A stretch of DNA of 59,295 bases from NCBI GenBank assembly GCA_041688385.1, contig JBDNIH010000127.1:1-59295 (forward strand). Reading direction: 5' to 3'. Each line of letters opens with the position of its first letter. Position 1 is the stretch's first letter. Below are positions 1 to 9,621 of the stretch, piece after piece. The notes below the pieces were generated by a model, which was given only the letters and a program-made list of their open reading frames with translations, searched no databases and had not been told where the DNA came from. Source of the stretch: Bacteroidia bacterium. GTDB taxonomy: Bacteria; Bacteroidota; Bacteroidia; UBA7662. A program made the position numbers and the translations under genes.

Positions 1-324
1 ACACCTGCGTTATTAGTCCCTACCGCTTATGCTGAGATGATGCGTAAAGAAAGTGGCATACTGCTTGACGTGCGCACCGCCGAAGAATTTGCAGAAGCCC
101 ATTTGGAAGGCGCTACCCAGTTGGATTATTATGAAACCGCTTCTTTTTCGGCAGCACTTGACGAAATGGATAAGTCTAAAACCTATTATATCTACTGCCG
201 CAGCGGCACTCGCAGCAGCAACGCGCAGGCGATTATGGCAGAAAAAGGTTTTACAAAAGTGTACAATCTGGATGGCGGTATACTCGCCTGGCGCAAAGCA
301 CAACTGCCGGTAGTTACGCCTTAA
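1..324 (+). CDS. rhodanese-like single-domain sulfurtransferase. The 5' end is probably outside the window; the first in-window ATG is at 37.
   Basis: ORF track 37..324. The same frame has no stop back to nt 1. It carries LLDVRTAEEF and the active-site loop YCRSGTRS, typical of rhodanese domains. Confidence 0.8.
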   Translation, partial: TPALLVPTAYAEMMRKESGILLDVRTAEEFAEAHLEGATQLDYYETASFSAALDEMDKSKTYYIYCRSGTRSSNAQAIMAEKGFTKVYNLDGGILAWRKAQLPVVTP

Positions 325-566
325 GAGCGCGCCAATAGCATTGAGATGCGATTTTTGATTGAATCGGCCAACGAGCTACTGATACATCTGCGCTCGCAAC
401 GCTCGCGAACAATGTCCTTAAAGGTCCGCTCCGAATCGTATTTATCCATACACTTGGAACAGTATTTCACGTGCTCCAGAAAGATAGGTATCTCGTTCTC
501 CGGCATCTCGCCGTCGAGATAAAGTGGAATTTTATCTACCACTTTTAGGCATGTATTGTCTTTCAT
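321..566 (-). CDS. small soluble zf-HC2 (ZAS-type, RsrA-like) anti-sigma factor
   Basis: 81 aa with no TM segment. It has the H-x3-C-x2-C motif (H32, C36, C39) plus C6. Its start overlaps the stop of the upstream ECF sigma gene by 4 nt. Confidence 0.7.
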   Translation of the reverse strand: MKDNTCLKVVDKIPLYLDGEMPENEIPIFLEHVKYCSKCMDKYDSERTFKDIVRERCERRCISSSLADSIKNRISMLLARS

Positions 567-1171
567 GCTTCATCAACTTTATAACCCATTCGCTGGGCAT
601 AGCCTTTAATCATATCTTTTAACATGTTCCGCGCCCGGTGCAAGCGCGAACGCACCGTACCTATGGGTATGCCGATAATTTTCGACATCTCCTCGTAGGT
701 AAAACCTTCAATATCACTCAACAAAATAATCAGTCTAAAATCAACTGGTATGCTATTGAGTGCGGCGCTGAGTTCATCGCCTAATACCCCGGAAAATACT
801 TCCGAACGCAAATCAACAGTAGCGCTATAATGGGCGTCTTCTGAATTGTAAATCTGCTCCACCTCGTCGTAATCCGTTTTGTCGGGCTCTTTGCTCTTCT
901 TGCGGAAATCGTTGATGAAGCTGTTTTTTAAGATACGAAACAACCATGCTTTGGCATTGGTGCCCACCTGGTAGGTCTCAATAAAACGAAATGCCTTGAG
1001 GTAGGTTTCCTGCACCAAATCGTTGGCATCGTCTTCGTTCAGCGTAAGCCGAAAGGCGAAGTTGTACAACGCGTCCATTACGGGGTAAAACTCCGTTTCG
1101 AAGATGCGGTTCTTTTGACTGGCGGTCAGGGAACTCAAGGTGTAATTTCGGGTAGTTGTGGTTTCGTACAT
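563..1171 (-). CDS. ECF-type RNA polymerase sigma-70 factor
   Basis: 202 aa. Region 2 reads DLVQETYLKAFRF and the region 4 HTH reads EGFTYEEMSKIIGIPIGTVRSRLHRARNML. Confidence 0.9.
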   Translation of the reverse strand: MYETTTTRNYTLSSLTASQKNRIFETEFYPVMDALYNFAFRLTLNEDDANDLVQETYLKAFRFIETYQVGTNAKAWLFRILKNSFINDFRKKSKEPDKTDYDEVEQIYNSEDAHYSATVDLRSEVFSGVLGDELSAALNSIPVDFRLIILLSDIEGFTYEEMSKIIGIPIGTVRSRLHRARNMLKDMIKGYAQRMGYKVDEA

Positions 1172-1259
1172 CCGTTTACCTTAGGGCGAACGGTCAAGCA
1201 AATATAACCATTCGGTATTGCTTTACCCAGTCAGCTTTGGATTAACAGCTTACACCGGT

Positions 1260-1883
1260 TTAAGTTCCTTCTGTACAAGCATTTGATGTTTCTGTCCCTT
1301 TTTTACGCCAAATAAACAACCCTTGCCAGGCCAAAAGGGTAAAAACACCAAACTGAAGGGCGGTCACCGGCATCTCTTTATAGAGGTAAAGCGGAATCGA
1401 AACCACATCTACCACCAGCCAGGCATACCAATGTTCGATGCGTTTTTCGGCCATCCAATACATACCAGTAATTGCTACGGCAGTGGTAAAGGCGTCGAGG
1501 AGGGGAACATCGCTATCGGTGTAATACCGCAACGCACCAAAAAGCAAGGGGAAAGCGAGCACCAATAAGGCGCCACCTATCCAAAATCGCTTTCGGTCCA
1601 AACGCTGTATCTGCAATGCTACACCTTGAGCCGGTTGCAGCCAACGCCACCAGCCATATAAGCTCATAAAGAAGTACCAGGCATTAATGCCCGCATCGGC
1701 ATACAACTTTACCTCGAAGCACAAATACACATACAACAATACGCTTACGATACCTAAAGGATACGTCAATACGTTAGCTTTACGCGAGTACCAAACGCTG
1801 GCGATGCCTGTCAGGGCAGCTATGGCTTCGAGTATAGAGAAATATTCCTGCATCTTATCTGGGGCGAAGATAACGGTCTGCAT
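1260..1883 (-). CDS. pnuC: nicotinamide riboside transporter PnuC family
   Basis: Multi-TM protein with the PnuC-like stretch SVWYSRKANVLTYPLG...AWYFFMSLYGWWRW. The ORF-track start at 2006 gives a non-membrane Cys-rich extension. In-frame ATGs at 1883 and 1853 are more plausible starts. Confidence 0.8.
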   Translation of the reverse strand: MQTVIFAPDKMQEYFSILEAIAALTGIASVWYSRKANVLTYPLGIVSVLLYVYLCFEVKLYADAGINAWYFFMSLYGWWRWLQPAQGVALQIQRLDRKRFWIGGALLVLAFPLLFGALRYYTDSDVPLLDAFTTAVAITGMYWMAEKRIEHWYAWLVVDVVSIPLYLYKEMPVTALQFGVFTLLAWQGLFIWRKKGTETSNACTEGT

Positions 1884-2034
1884 GCGCTTAAAAGCCCCCC
1901 GCTTCCATGAAACAGTTAAAACACAGCATTCAGGAAGTATAAATCTCGTACAGGCGAAAAGTATCACGCACGCACTGTGAGAAAGGATAAACTGGTGCTT
2001 TAACAAGATTGAATCACAGCTCCGACTTACTTCT

Positions 2035-2080
2035 TAAAAAACAAAAGGTCCGGCAATTGAATTGCCGGACCTTTATTTTT
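2035..2080 (-). terminator. rho-independent terminator downstream of infB (bidirectional design)
   Basis: Perfect 11-bp stem GGTCCGGCAAT/ATTGCCGGACC (2047-2071) with a 3-nt loop. It is flanked by an A-run on one side and a T-run on the other, so a U-tract follows on either strand. Confidence 0.75.
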
Positions 2081-2157
2081 CGATTTTCAAACACCTCCGT
2101 TAAATTGCAGAAGGCAGACAACCTTATCATTCGCTATCCTTAACGCTTCATTTCGTG

Positions 2158-5100
2158 CTAAACTAGCTTGGTCTTTACCTCAACCCGCTCGTAACCTTCA
2201 ATGATGTCGCCAACGGCAATGTCGTTGAAACCTGCAATATTTAGTCCGCATTCGTAGCCTGTCAGCACTTCTTTTACATCGTCCTTGAAGCGTTTCAGCG
2301 ACTCTAGCTCGCCAGTATGAATCACCACGCCGTCGCGGAGTATTCGGATTTTGCTATTGCGGTTGATTTTGCCATCCAAAACCATACAACCTGCAATGGT
2401 GCCGACTTTGCTGATTTTGAAGGTTTCGCGTATCTCTACGTTACAAACAACCTTCTCTTCAAAGGTCGGCGCCAACATACCTTCCATTGCGAGTTTGATC
2501 TCCTCAATGGCGTCGTAGATGATGCTATAGGTACGGATATCAATCTCTTCCTGCTCAGCCAAACGGCGTACCGAGGCAAGCGGACGAACCTGAAAGCCAA
2601 TGATAATGGCATCCGAAGCGGAAGCCAGCATAACGTCGGTCTCGGATATCTGACCAACTCCCTTGTGTATAACGTTGACCTGGATCTGGTCTTTCGACAG
2701 CTTCATGAGCGAGTCGCTCAGGGCCTCTACCGAACCATCCACGTCGCCTTTAACGATGAGGTTGAGCTCACGGAAGTTACCAATCGCCAAACGACGACCG
2801 ATTTCATCCAACGTAATGTGTTTTTTAGTACGCATGCCCTGCTCACGAATGAGCTGTTGGCGGCGGGTAGCGATATCTTTGGCAACGGCATCATTTTCAG
2901 TGACGTAAAATTTATCACCCGCTGTTGGCGAGGTGTTAAAGCCCAAAATCTGTACTGGCTGCGATGGTCCAGCTTTGGTCACTTTTTGGCCACGCTCATT
3001 TTGCATGGCTTTCACCTTACCAAAATGTGCACCAGCCAAAATAGAATCACCCATACGGATGGTGCCACTTTGGATGAGTACGGTAGCGACGACTCCGCGA
3101 CCTTTGTCGAGCGACGACTCGACCACTGTACCCGTAGCACGGCGGCTTGGGTCGGCTTTGAGTTCGAGTAATTCGGCCTCGAGTAACACTTTTTCTAACA
3201 GCAAGTCGATATTCAAGCCTTTTTTGGCCGAAATTTCCTGCTCTTGGTATTTACCGCCCCAGCTCTCTACGAGTACATTCATCATCGAGAGTTGTTCGCG
3301 GATTTTATCTGCATTGGCTTCTGCGCGGTCTATTTTGTTATAAGCAAAAATGATTGGCGCTCCTGCAGCCTGAGCATGACTGATGGCTTCTTTGGTTTGT
3401 GGCATGACACTATCGTCGGCCGCAATAACCACTACAACGATGTCGGTTACCTTGGCACCCCGTGCACGCATGGCGGTAAATGCCTCGTGACCCGGTGTAT
3501 CGAGGAAGGTAATGCTTCTATCGTCTTTCAGTTTCACCTCGTAGGCTCCAATGTGCTGGGTGATACCACCCGCCTCACCGGCAATTACATTGGTGTCGCG
3601 GATATGGTCAAGCAAAGAGGTTTTACCGTGGTCGACGTGTCCCATGATGGTCACGATAGGCGAACGGTGCACCGTTTTTTCTGGATCTTCCTCTTCTTCG
3701 AGCTGTGGCTCATTTTCTTCGGCGGATATAAAGCTGATATCGTAGCCAAATTCATCTGCCACGAGGGTGATGGTTTCCGCATCGAGACGCTGGTTGATGG
3801 TAACCACCAAACCGAGCGAGAAACAGTTCATAATAACTTCACCTACAGCCACATCCATCAACTGCGCGAGTTCGCCAGTGGTGAGGAACTCTGTAACCTG
3901 CAGTTTGACTTTTTCGCCGTCTGGCATTTCAACGCCACCTTCGGAATTGCGCTCATTCCGGCCTTTTTTGGCAAATTTACCACGTCCACGGGTGTTACCA
4001 CCTTGCAAACGGGCCATAGTAGCCTTAATCTGATCCTGAATTTCTTTTTCGGTCGGCTCAGCTTTAGCAGCAGGCACACCTGTGCTCGGGCCACGGTCGT
4101 TGCGGCGATTGCCGCCCCCTGGACCACCCGGGCCACGGTTTGGCCCCCCAGGGCCACGGTTATTACCACCCGCTCCGGCTGGACGGTTGTTGTCGCGGTT
4201 ACCACCGCCAGCGGCAGGCGTACTTCCGGCAGGCGCAGGCGCGCCCGGAGTAGTGCCGTCTTTGCGTTTACGTTTCCGGCGACTAACCGCATCATCGCTT
4301 GAACTAGCAACGGGTTTGCGCTTTTCGAATTGGGTAAGATCTATTTTACCCAAAACAGTTGTGCCTTTCAAGCGGTCGGCAGAAGCGCGAATTACGGCTT
4401 CATCCTCCGGTGAAATTGGTATTTCGGGACTAATTTCGGCTTTAGGTGTGCCTTTCGACGCTGGCGGCGGTGTTTTCGGCGCGTTGGCCTTTTCCATTAC
4501 CGGAGCACCCTTTTTATGACCTTCGCCTTTCGGCAATTGTGCTCTTTGGGGACGTGACTGGCCGATAGCGCCCAAGTCGATGGTGCGCAATACCTTGCTG
4601 GCAGGTTTGTCGTCAGCTGTCGCAGCTGTTTCTTTAGGAGCTACAGAATCAGCCGCTTTGGGCTTCTCTGGGGCAGGCTTTTTAGCAACCACTTCTGGCG
4701 CTTTTTCAACCACAGGAGCCGTAGCTGGCGCAGAAGCCGTTGGCACCGGCACATCTTCAGCTTTGGGCTGTGGTTTTGGCGCTTCTTTCAGCACCTCAAC
4801 AGGAGCAGGAGCAAGAACTGGTTTTTCTTTAGGCACAAGAGCGGCTTCGGCAGCGGCGGCAGCCTTAGCAGTCGTGTTGAGGCCCTTAATAAGCACCTCA
4901 TCTTGCTCTTTTTCTACGGGAGCTATAGCAGCAAAGTCTTTGTTGTCGAGGACCACATCGGCTTTGGTCTGGCGACCGATTGAGATCTGGGCCGCCTGCT
5001 CCTTGATCTTTTTGTCCTGACCGAAATCGCGCATCAAAACCGAATACATCTCGTCTGTGATTTTCGCATTTGGGTTGTTGTCCACGTCGAAGCCTTTCTT

Positions 5101-5181
5101 CGAGAGGTGCTCTACCACATGCCCCACACTGATGTTGAACTCGGTTGCCGCTTTTTTGATCCTGATACTACCTTCTGACAT
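2158..5181 (-). CDS. infB: translation initiation factor IF-2
   Basis: 1007 aa. GTPase motifs [14 protein letters not shown] and NKID are present. The N-terminal region is long, Ala/Pro/Lys- and Gly/Asn/Arg-rich, and low in complexity. Confidence 0.97.
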   Translation of the reverse strand: MSEGSIRIKKAATEFNISVGHVVEHLSKKGFDVDNNPNAKITDEMYSVLMRDFGQDKKIKEQAAQISIGRQTKADVVLDNKDFAAIAPVEKEQDEVLIKGLNTTAKAAAAAEAALVPKEKPVLAPAPVEVLKEAPKPQPKAEDVPVPTASAPATAPVVEKAPEVVAKKPAPEKPKAADSVAPKETAATADDKPASKVLRTIDLGAIGQSRPQRAQLPKGEGHKKGAPVMEKANAPKTPPPASKGTPKAEISPEIPISPEDEAVIRASADRLKGTTVLGKIDLTQFEKRKPVASSSDDAVSRRKRKRKDGTTPGAPAPAGSTPAAGGGNRDNNRPAGAGGNNRGPGGPNRGPGGPGGGNRRNDRGPSTGVPAAKAEPTEKEIQDQIKATMARLQGGNTRGRGKFAKKGRNERNSEGGVEMPDGEKVKLQVTEFLTTGELAQLMDVAVGEVIMNCFSLGLVVTINQRLDAETITLVADEFGYDISFISAEENEPQLEEEEDPEKTVHRSPIVTIMGHVDHGKTSLLDHIRDTNVIAGEAGGITQHIGAYEVKLKDDRSITFLDTPGHEAFTAMRARGAKVTDIVVVVIAADDSVMPQTKEAISHAQAAGAPIIFAYNKIDRAEANADKIREQLSMMNVLVESWGGKYQEQEISAKKGLNIDLLLEKVLLEAELLELKADPSRRATGTVVESSLDKGRGVVATVLIQSGTIRMGDSILAGAHFGKVKAMQNERGQKVTKAGPSQPVQILGFNTSPTAGDKFYVTENDAVAKDIATRRQQLIREQGMRTKKHITLDEIGRRLAIGNFRELNLIVKGDVDGSVEALSDSLMKLSKDQIQVNVIHKGVGQISETDVMLASASDAIIIGFQVRPLASVRRLAEQEEIDIRTYSIIYDAIEEIKLAMEGMLAPTFEEKVVCNVEIRETFKISKVGTIAGCMVLDGKINRNSKIRILRDGVVIHTGELESLKRFKDDVKEVLTGYECGLNIAGFNDIAVGDIIEGYERVEVKTKLV
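4121..4162. repeat. imperfect 21-bp tandem duplication inside the infB low-complexity region
   Basis: The units are ggaccacccgggccacggttt and ggccccccagggccacggtta (17/21 identical). They encode the repeated NRGPGGP segment. A third partial copy, gggccacggtcg, lies at about 4088. Confidence 0.5.
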
Positions 5182-5224
5182 TCCTGTTAATTACTAATTG
5201 ACAAATTTCGCTTTTTCCCTGCGA

Positions 5225-6463
5225 TTATTCGAACTCGGCTTTGATGATGTCCAGTATCTCCTGAACAGTCTCTTCCTCTAGCTCGGTACGCCGAACCAGC
5301 TCTTCTTTTCCAAGTTCCATTACCGACCGGGCGGTGTCGCAGCCGATGCCTTTCAACTCATCGAGTATCCAGGTATCTATTTCATCTGCAAACTCGTCAA
5401 GATCGATATCGCTATCGCTATCTTCTACATCCCGGAAAACATCGATTTCATAACCGGTGAGTTTGGCCGCAAGGCGGATATTGTGACCCCCTTTGCCAAT
5501 GGCCAGTGAAACCTGGTCGGGCTTGAGGAATACATGTGCTTTTTTATTTTCTGCATCCAACTCCATATTGCTGATTTTAGCCGGACTCAAGGCCCGCTGA
5601 ATGTACAGCTGAAGGTTGTTGGTGAAGTTGATAACATCAATGCTTTCGTTACGCAGCTCACGTACAATACCGTGAATACGCGACCCTTTCATGCCGACAC
5701 AGGCACCAACAGGGTCGATGCGGTCGTCATAACTTTCTACAGCCACCTTGGCACGTTCACCTGGCTCGCGCACGATATTTTTGATGGTGATTAAACCGTC
5801 GAAAATCTCTGGCACCTCCAGCTCCATCAAACGAGCGAGGAAAGCTGGTGCACAGCGGCTGATGATAATACGCGGACTGGCGCCCTGAATCTCCACACCT
5901 TGGACCACCGCGCGGATAGCGTCGCCTTTTTTGAAGAAGTCGGCAGGTATCTGTTCGGTCTTAGGTAAAATAAGTTCGTTGCCTTCGTCGTCGAGGACCA
6001 GAATTTCTTTTTTCCAGATTTGATATACCTCACCCGTTATGATTTCACCCACACGGTCGATGTATTTTTTGTAGATATTGTCCTTCTCCAGCTCCAAAAT
6101 CCGTTGAACTAGCGTCTGACGCGCAGCCAAGATGGCACGACGACCGAAGTCCTCGAGCTTAATTTCTTCCGATACCTCTTCAGCCACTTCAAAGTCGGGC
6201 TCAATCAACCTGGCTTCGCGCAGGCGCACCTTGTCGAATTGATCGGCGTCTTCGGCGTCATCTTCAACAATCTCGCGGTTACGCCAGATTTCGAGGTCCC
6301 CCTTTTCGGTATTCAGGATGATATCAAAGTTTTCGTCGGTACCGTATTTACGACGGACCATGCTGCGGAATACGTCCTCAAGGATGCGCATCATGGTTGC
6401 ACGGTCGATGTTCTTCAGTTCCTTGAACTCGGCAAAGGAGTCGATGAGTTCGCTGCTGTTCAT
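5225..6463 (-). CDS. nusA: transcription termination/antitermination factor NusA
   Basis: 412 aa with S1/KH-like core sequences (VGACVGMKGSRI, AIGKGGHNIRLA). It lies between rimP and infB as in the canonical operon. Confidence 0.97.
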   Translation of the reverse strand: MNSSELIDSFAEFKELKNIDRATMMRILEDVFRSMVRRKYGTDENFDIILNTEKGDLEIWRNREIVEDDAEDADQFDKVRLREARLIEPDFEVAEEVSEEIKLEDFGRRAILAARQTLVQRILELEKDNIYKKYIDRVGEIITGEVYQIWKKEILVLDDEGNELILPKTEQIPADFFKKGDAIRAVVQGVEIQGASPRIIISRCAPAFLARLMELEVPEIFDGLITIKNIVREPGERAKVAVESYDDRIDPVGACVGMKGSRIHGIVRELRNESIDVINFTNNLQLYIQRALSPAKISNMELDAENKKAHVFLKPDQVSLAIGKGGHNIRLAAKLTGYEIDVFRDVEDSDSDIDLDEFADEIDTWILDELKGIGCDTARSVMELGKEELVRRTELEEETVQEILDIIKAEFE

Positions 6464-6472
6464 GGTAAGCTT

Positions 6473-6937
6473 TTATTTAAAAGAGATAATAACTTTAGCG
6501 GTTTTGATATCAGCAAAAGCTAGCGTACGTTCCAGTTGCACTGCTTTTTTGCCTTTTTCTTTGTGACTATACGCCAGCGTTAACTGGTCTCCGGTCACAG
6601 CGGTAAGTGCTGCTTCGAGCGCGCTGCCATCGCTGATCTCCAGCTTTAGCTTCCGCCCGATGTGTTTCGGATATTGCCGCAACAAACGCAATGGTGCATC
6701 TGCACCCGGTGAGGAGACTTCGAGCACATATTTACCCAGCTCTTCCATTTCGTCGAGCTTTTCACCCAACGCACGGCTCACCGAAGCACAATAATCAATG
6801 CTCACGCCTGTGTCGCCGTCGAGTAAAACGGTGAGTAACCCATTATTGGGACTCAACTTCAACTCCACGAGGAAGTGGTGGTCATCGGTTAAGATGGCCT
6901 CCAAATGCTGTAGTATGCGATTTTGTACTGGATTCAT
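6473..6937 (-). CDS. rimP: ribosome maturation factor RimP
   Basis: Located immediately upstream of nusA. Contains the RimP-like stretch LEVSSPG. I place the start at the ATG at 6937 (MNPVQNRIL...) rather than the ORF-track start at 6991. Confidence 0.88.
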   Translation of the reverse strand: MNPVQNRILQHLEAILTDDHHFLVELKLSPNNGLLTVLLDGDTGVSIDYCASVSRALGEKLDEMEELGKYVLEVSSPGADAPLRLLRQYPKHIGRKLKLEISDGSALEAALTAVTGDQLTLAYSHKEKGKKAVQLERTLAFADIKTAKVIISFK

Positions 6938-6951
6938 GGTAGCGTAATGAA

Positions 6952-6975
6952 AGAGGGGACTGCTGGGTCCCCTCT
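6952..6975 (-). promoter_or_regulatory. GC-rich leader hairpin just upstream of the rimP start codon
   Basis: 9-bp stem AGAGGGGAC/GTCCCCTCT with a 6-nt loop. On the minus strand it is followed by TTTCATT and then the ATG 15 nt later. Confidence 0.4.
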
Positions 6976-6988
6976 CTCTTTTGCGCTG

Positions 6989-6996
6989 CAAATGTA
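6989..6996 (-). promoter_or_regulatory. candidate Bacteroidota -7 box (TACATTTG) for rimP-nusA-infB
   Basis: Matches TAnnTTTG on the minus strand, with GTTG about 20 nt upstream as a weak -33 TTTG element. Confidence 0.35.
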
Positions 6997-7007
6997 ATAT
7001 GAAATCA

Positions 7008-7045
7008 GATAAAAAACAACTTATCCACGTGGGCTTGGTGGATAA
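7008..7045 (-). terminator. rho-independent terminator after the M1 aminopeptidase gene
   Basis: 8-bp stem TTATCCAC/GTGGATAA (7021-7028 / 7038-7045) with a 9-nt loop. On the minus strand it is followed by GTTGTTTTTTAT. Confidence 0.6.
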
Positions 7046-7053
7046 TTCGCGGC

Positions 7054-9507
7054 TTACTTCAATTTAGACAAGGCCGCTTCGAGTTTTTTGCGTTGTTCAA
7101 GAGCAATCCTTTTCTGCCAACCACTCAGTTCGGCATCTTTAGCGCTATAAAAGCTAATTACACGTCCAATAAACTCCCTTTCATTGCTGCGCAAAGCGAG
7201 TTTGGTGTAGTTGTTCATCAACTGAAACCGTTGATTGCCAGCAATTGCCCAGCTGCGCTCGAAGAAATCGGCATTGCTTGCGTTGCCATAACTACCGTAC
7301 ACGTCGTATACAGTCGAACGCACATAGCGCACCTCTTCAAAACCTGGTGCAATTTCAAGCGCCAAGGCACTGTCTGCCTTGGCCAATTCTCTCAATGCTG
7401 CACTATTTACGCGATACGAACTATCTGAAGACACACTTTCCATATAAACTGCACTGTAGTTTTTGCCCGTGGTTTCGCCTAACTTCTCCAGTGCAGCAGC
7501 CCGAACGCGGGTGTCTGGATCGGTTTGAATGAATGCGATCAGCTGTTCCGCGAAGAACCCATCGGTTTTCCATTGATCAAAATTCCACTTTTCAATGGCA
7601 TAAGCACGAATCTGCCAGTGGTCAAAGCCAAAGGCTTCAGAAAAAACTGCTTTGGCCTGTAAATTGGCTGTTGCTGTTTGCAGCTGTTGTAAAGCCTCCA
7701 GCTTGTCGAGATAAAGCGGGGCTCTCTGCCATTGAACCAGGTATTCAGCCGTGCTTTTGTTTTCCTTCTTTTCGGCCAGCAATACTTTGCGGGCATCTAC
7801 ATTCACCAAAACAGGCTGACCGGCACTTTTGAATCGGAATGACTGATTTAAGCTCGTAAGCACAATTTTGTGCGTGCTTTTATTGCTGGCGGTATACACA
7901 TCCACCTCCATAGGCAAGCGGTATTGCGGACTTTTACTCAAGTCTTGTTGCTGCGCAATGGTTACTACCACCTCTGCTGTAACGGCATCATAACTGGTTT
8001 GAATATCAAGTACTGGGTGTCCTTTGGCATAATACCACTGGTTAAAAAACCAGTTCATATCACGACCCGTTATTTCTTCAAAGGCCAAACGCAATTGTTG
8101 TATTTCTACGGCCTGATGGGCATGGCGTGTCAAAAACAGTTGAAGGGCACCAAAAAAAGCTTCATCGCCCACCTCTGTGCGCAGCATATGCAAAATGCGG
8201 CTGCCTTTGGCATAGCTATGGCTGTCGAAAACCTCCTCTTTGTCGCCATAATAGAAACGCACCATGTCTTCCTGCTTGCGTTTTGACTCATTGAGATAGC
8301 CCAACAAATTGCCGTGTAAACCCTGATCAGCTGCAAAACGGCCGTATTTGTGCTCATCCCACAAATAGCTGCCGTAGGTGGCAAATGACTCATTCACCGA
8401 AATATTACTCCACGATTCGCAAGTAACTAAATCACCAAACCAGTGATGGTACATCTCATGGGCAACCGTGCTTTCGCTGCTGCCATCGATTAATTCGCGC
8501 TCGGTGCGTTGTGCCCATTCGCCAAAAATAACCGCAGAGGTGTTTTCCATTGCGCCACTTACATAGTCTCTCACGCTAATTTGTGCGTACTTATGCCAAG
8601 GATAAGGTACGCCAAGTTGTTTGGAGTAGAACTCCAGCATTTCCACTGTATTCGGGTAGCTCGCTTTAGCAGTAGCCGCAAATTCTGGCTCCACATAATA
8701 GCTTACCTCTTTACCCCGCCAGCTTTCACGTGCCACATGGAATTTACCCACAGCCAACATGGTCAGGTAAGGGGCATGTTTGAGGTCTTGCTTCCAATAA
8801 TCGGTGCGGCTACCGTCACCATTATCGGTGCTGTAGACCAGCTCACCGTTAGAAAGAGTTACAAAACCAGTATCCACGGTGAGGTATATTTCTTGGGTAG
8901 TTTTTTGGTTAGGCGCATCGATAGTGGGGAACCAGCACGAATTCGACTCCGTTTCGCCTTGCGTCCACAGCTGGGTAGGCTTATTAGGGTCGCTGCCGTC
9001 GCCATTAATGAAGTACAAACCCTTGGCTCCCTGAATGGCCGCACTTCCGCTTACACCTTTGAGCTCGTTCGGCTTGGCAATATATTCGACTAAGATTTCA
9101 AAATTGACCTTGGGACTATGCTCAAACTCTAGGTAAATACGAATTTGCTGTCCGTCGTACGTATAGGGAAGGCTTTTAAAATAATCGTCACCAACATATT
9201 CCAAGCGGCTGATTGCAAAACCTTTGGCATCAAGAATGAGGCTGTCGCCTGCATAAAAATGAGGTTGCACCGTCAAATAAGCCGTTCCATACATCCAGGC
9301 ATTTTTGAAGTCGGGCCGGAGATACAACTTGGTGTGCACCACCTTCATATCAAGAGGGCGAGCAGCACGGTAATCAGTCACCGGGTCAAATACGCGGGCT
9401 TTGGGGCTAGCAAGGCTTTTGTCGATAGCAGGTTTGCTAAGTCGGTTGCTACCACAAGCCGACAAAATGACTGTAACAGCAAATAAGGAGATAATTGAAC
9501 GCAACAT
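7054..9507 (-). CDS. M1-family zinc aminopeptidase (aminopeptidase N-like) lipoprotein
   Basis: Contains GAMEN (VSGAMENTS) and HEMYHHWFGD...ESFATY (HExxH-x18-E). Starting at the ATG at 9507 gives a signal peptide with the lipobox LSAC. The ORF-track start at 9528 is a TTG. Confidence 0.9.
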   Translation of the reverse strand: MLRSIISLFAVTVILSACGSNRLSKPAIDKSLASPKARVFDPVTDYRAARPLDMKVVHTKLYLRPDFKNAWMYGTAYLTVQPHFYAGDSLILDAKGFAISRLEYVGDDYFKSLPYTYDGQQIRIYLEFEHSPKVNFEILVEYIAKPNELKGVSGSAAIQGAKGLYFINGDGSDPNKPTQLWTQGETESNSCWFPTIDAPNQKTTQEIYLTVDTGFVTLSNGELVYSTDNGDGSRTDYWKQDLKHAPYLTMLAVGKFHVARESWRGKEVSYYVEPEFAATAKASYPNTVEMLEFYSKQLGVPYPWHKYAQISVRDYVSGAMENTSAVIFGEWAQRTERELIDGSSESTVAHEMYHHWFGDLVTCESWSNISVNESFATYGSYLWDEHKYGRFAADQGLHGNLLGYLNESKRKQEDMVRFYYGDKEEVFDSHSYAKGSRILHMLRTEVGDEAFFGALQLFLTRHAHQAVEIQQLRLAFEEITGRDMNWFFNQWYYAKGHPVLDIQTSYDAVTAEVVVTIAQQQDLSKSPQYRLPMEVDVYTASNKSTHKIVLTSLNQSFRFKSAGQPVLVNVDARKVLLAEKKENKSTAEYLVQWQRAPLYLDKLEALQQLQTATANLQAKAVFSEAFGFDHWQIRAYAIEKWNFDQWKTDGFFAEQLIAFIQTDPDTRVRAAALEKLGETTGKNYSAVYMESVSSDSSYRVNSAALRELAKADSALALEIAPGFEEVRYVRSTVYDVYGSYGNASNADFFERSWAIAGNQRFQLMNNYTKLALRSNEREFIGRVISFYSAKDAELSGWQKRIALEQRKKLEAALSKLK

Positions 9508-9621
9508 GAATAGGATTTGATAGAACAAAGTAACGCCAACGGCGATAAACTGCCGCTAAACAACAAGGATAAGCTCAAAGTTTGTCATTTTGCTTAGTTT
9601 TGACAATCAAAATATTGCTTC

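Noticed and set aside
1854-2030. Possible riboswitch (TPP or NAD-II/pnuC motif) in the 270-bp region upstream of pnuC
   Set aside because: I could not find the conserved cores on the minus strand, for example CUGAGA...ACCUGA for TPP. Only weak, non-specific hairpins are present. Part of the region may be coding if pnuC starts at 1883.
2317-5020. Long plus-strand ORFs (284, 136, 352, 145 and 146 aa) antisense to infB
   Set aside because: They lie entirely inside a full-length, motif-rich IF-2 gene and translate to low-complexity Ala/Gly/Ser/Arg-rich sequence. This is the typical shadow-ORF pattern of a codon-biased gene, and they have no independent start context or motifs.
7021-7045. TTATCCACg / TTATCCACc (8/9 DnaA-box-like) inverted pair downstream of the aminopeptidase gene
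   Set aside because: The two arms form an 8-bp hairpin followed by a T6 run on the coding strand, which is best explained as an intrinsic terminator. Many 8/9 matches are expected by chance in 59 kb.
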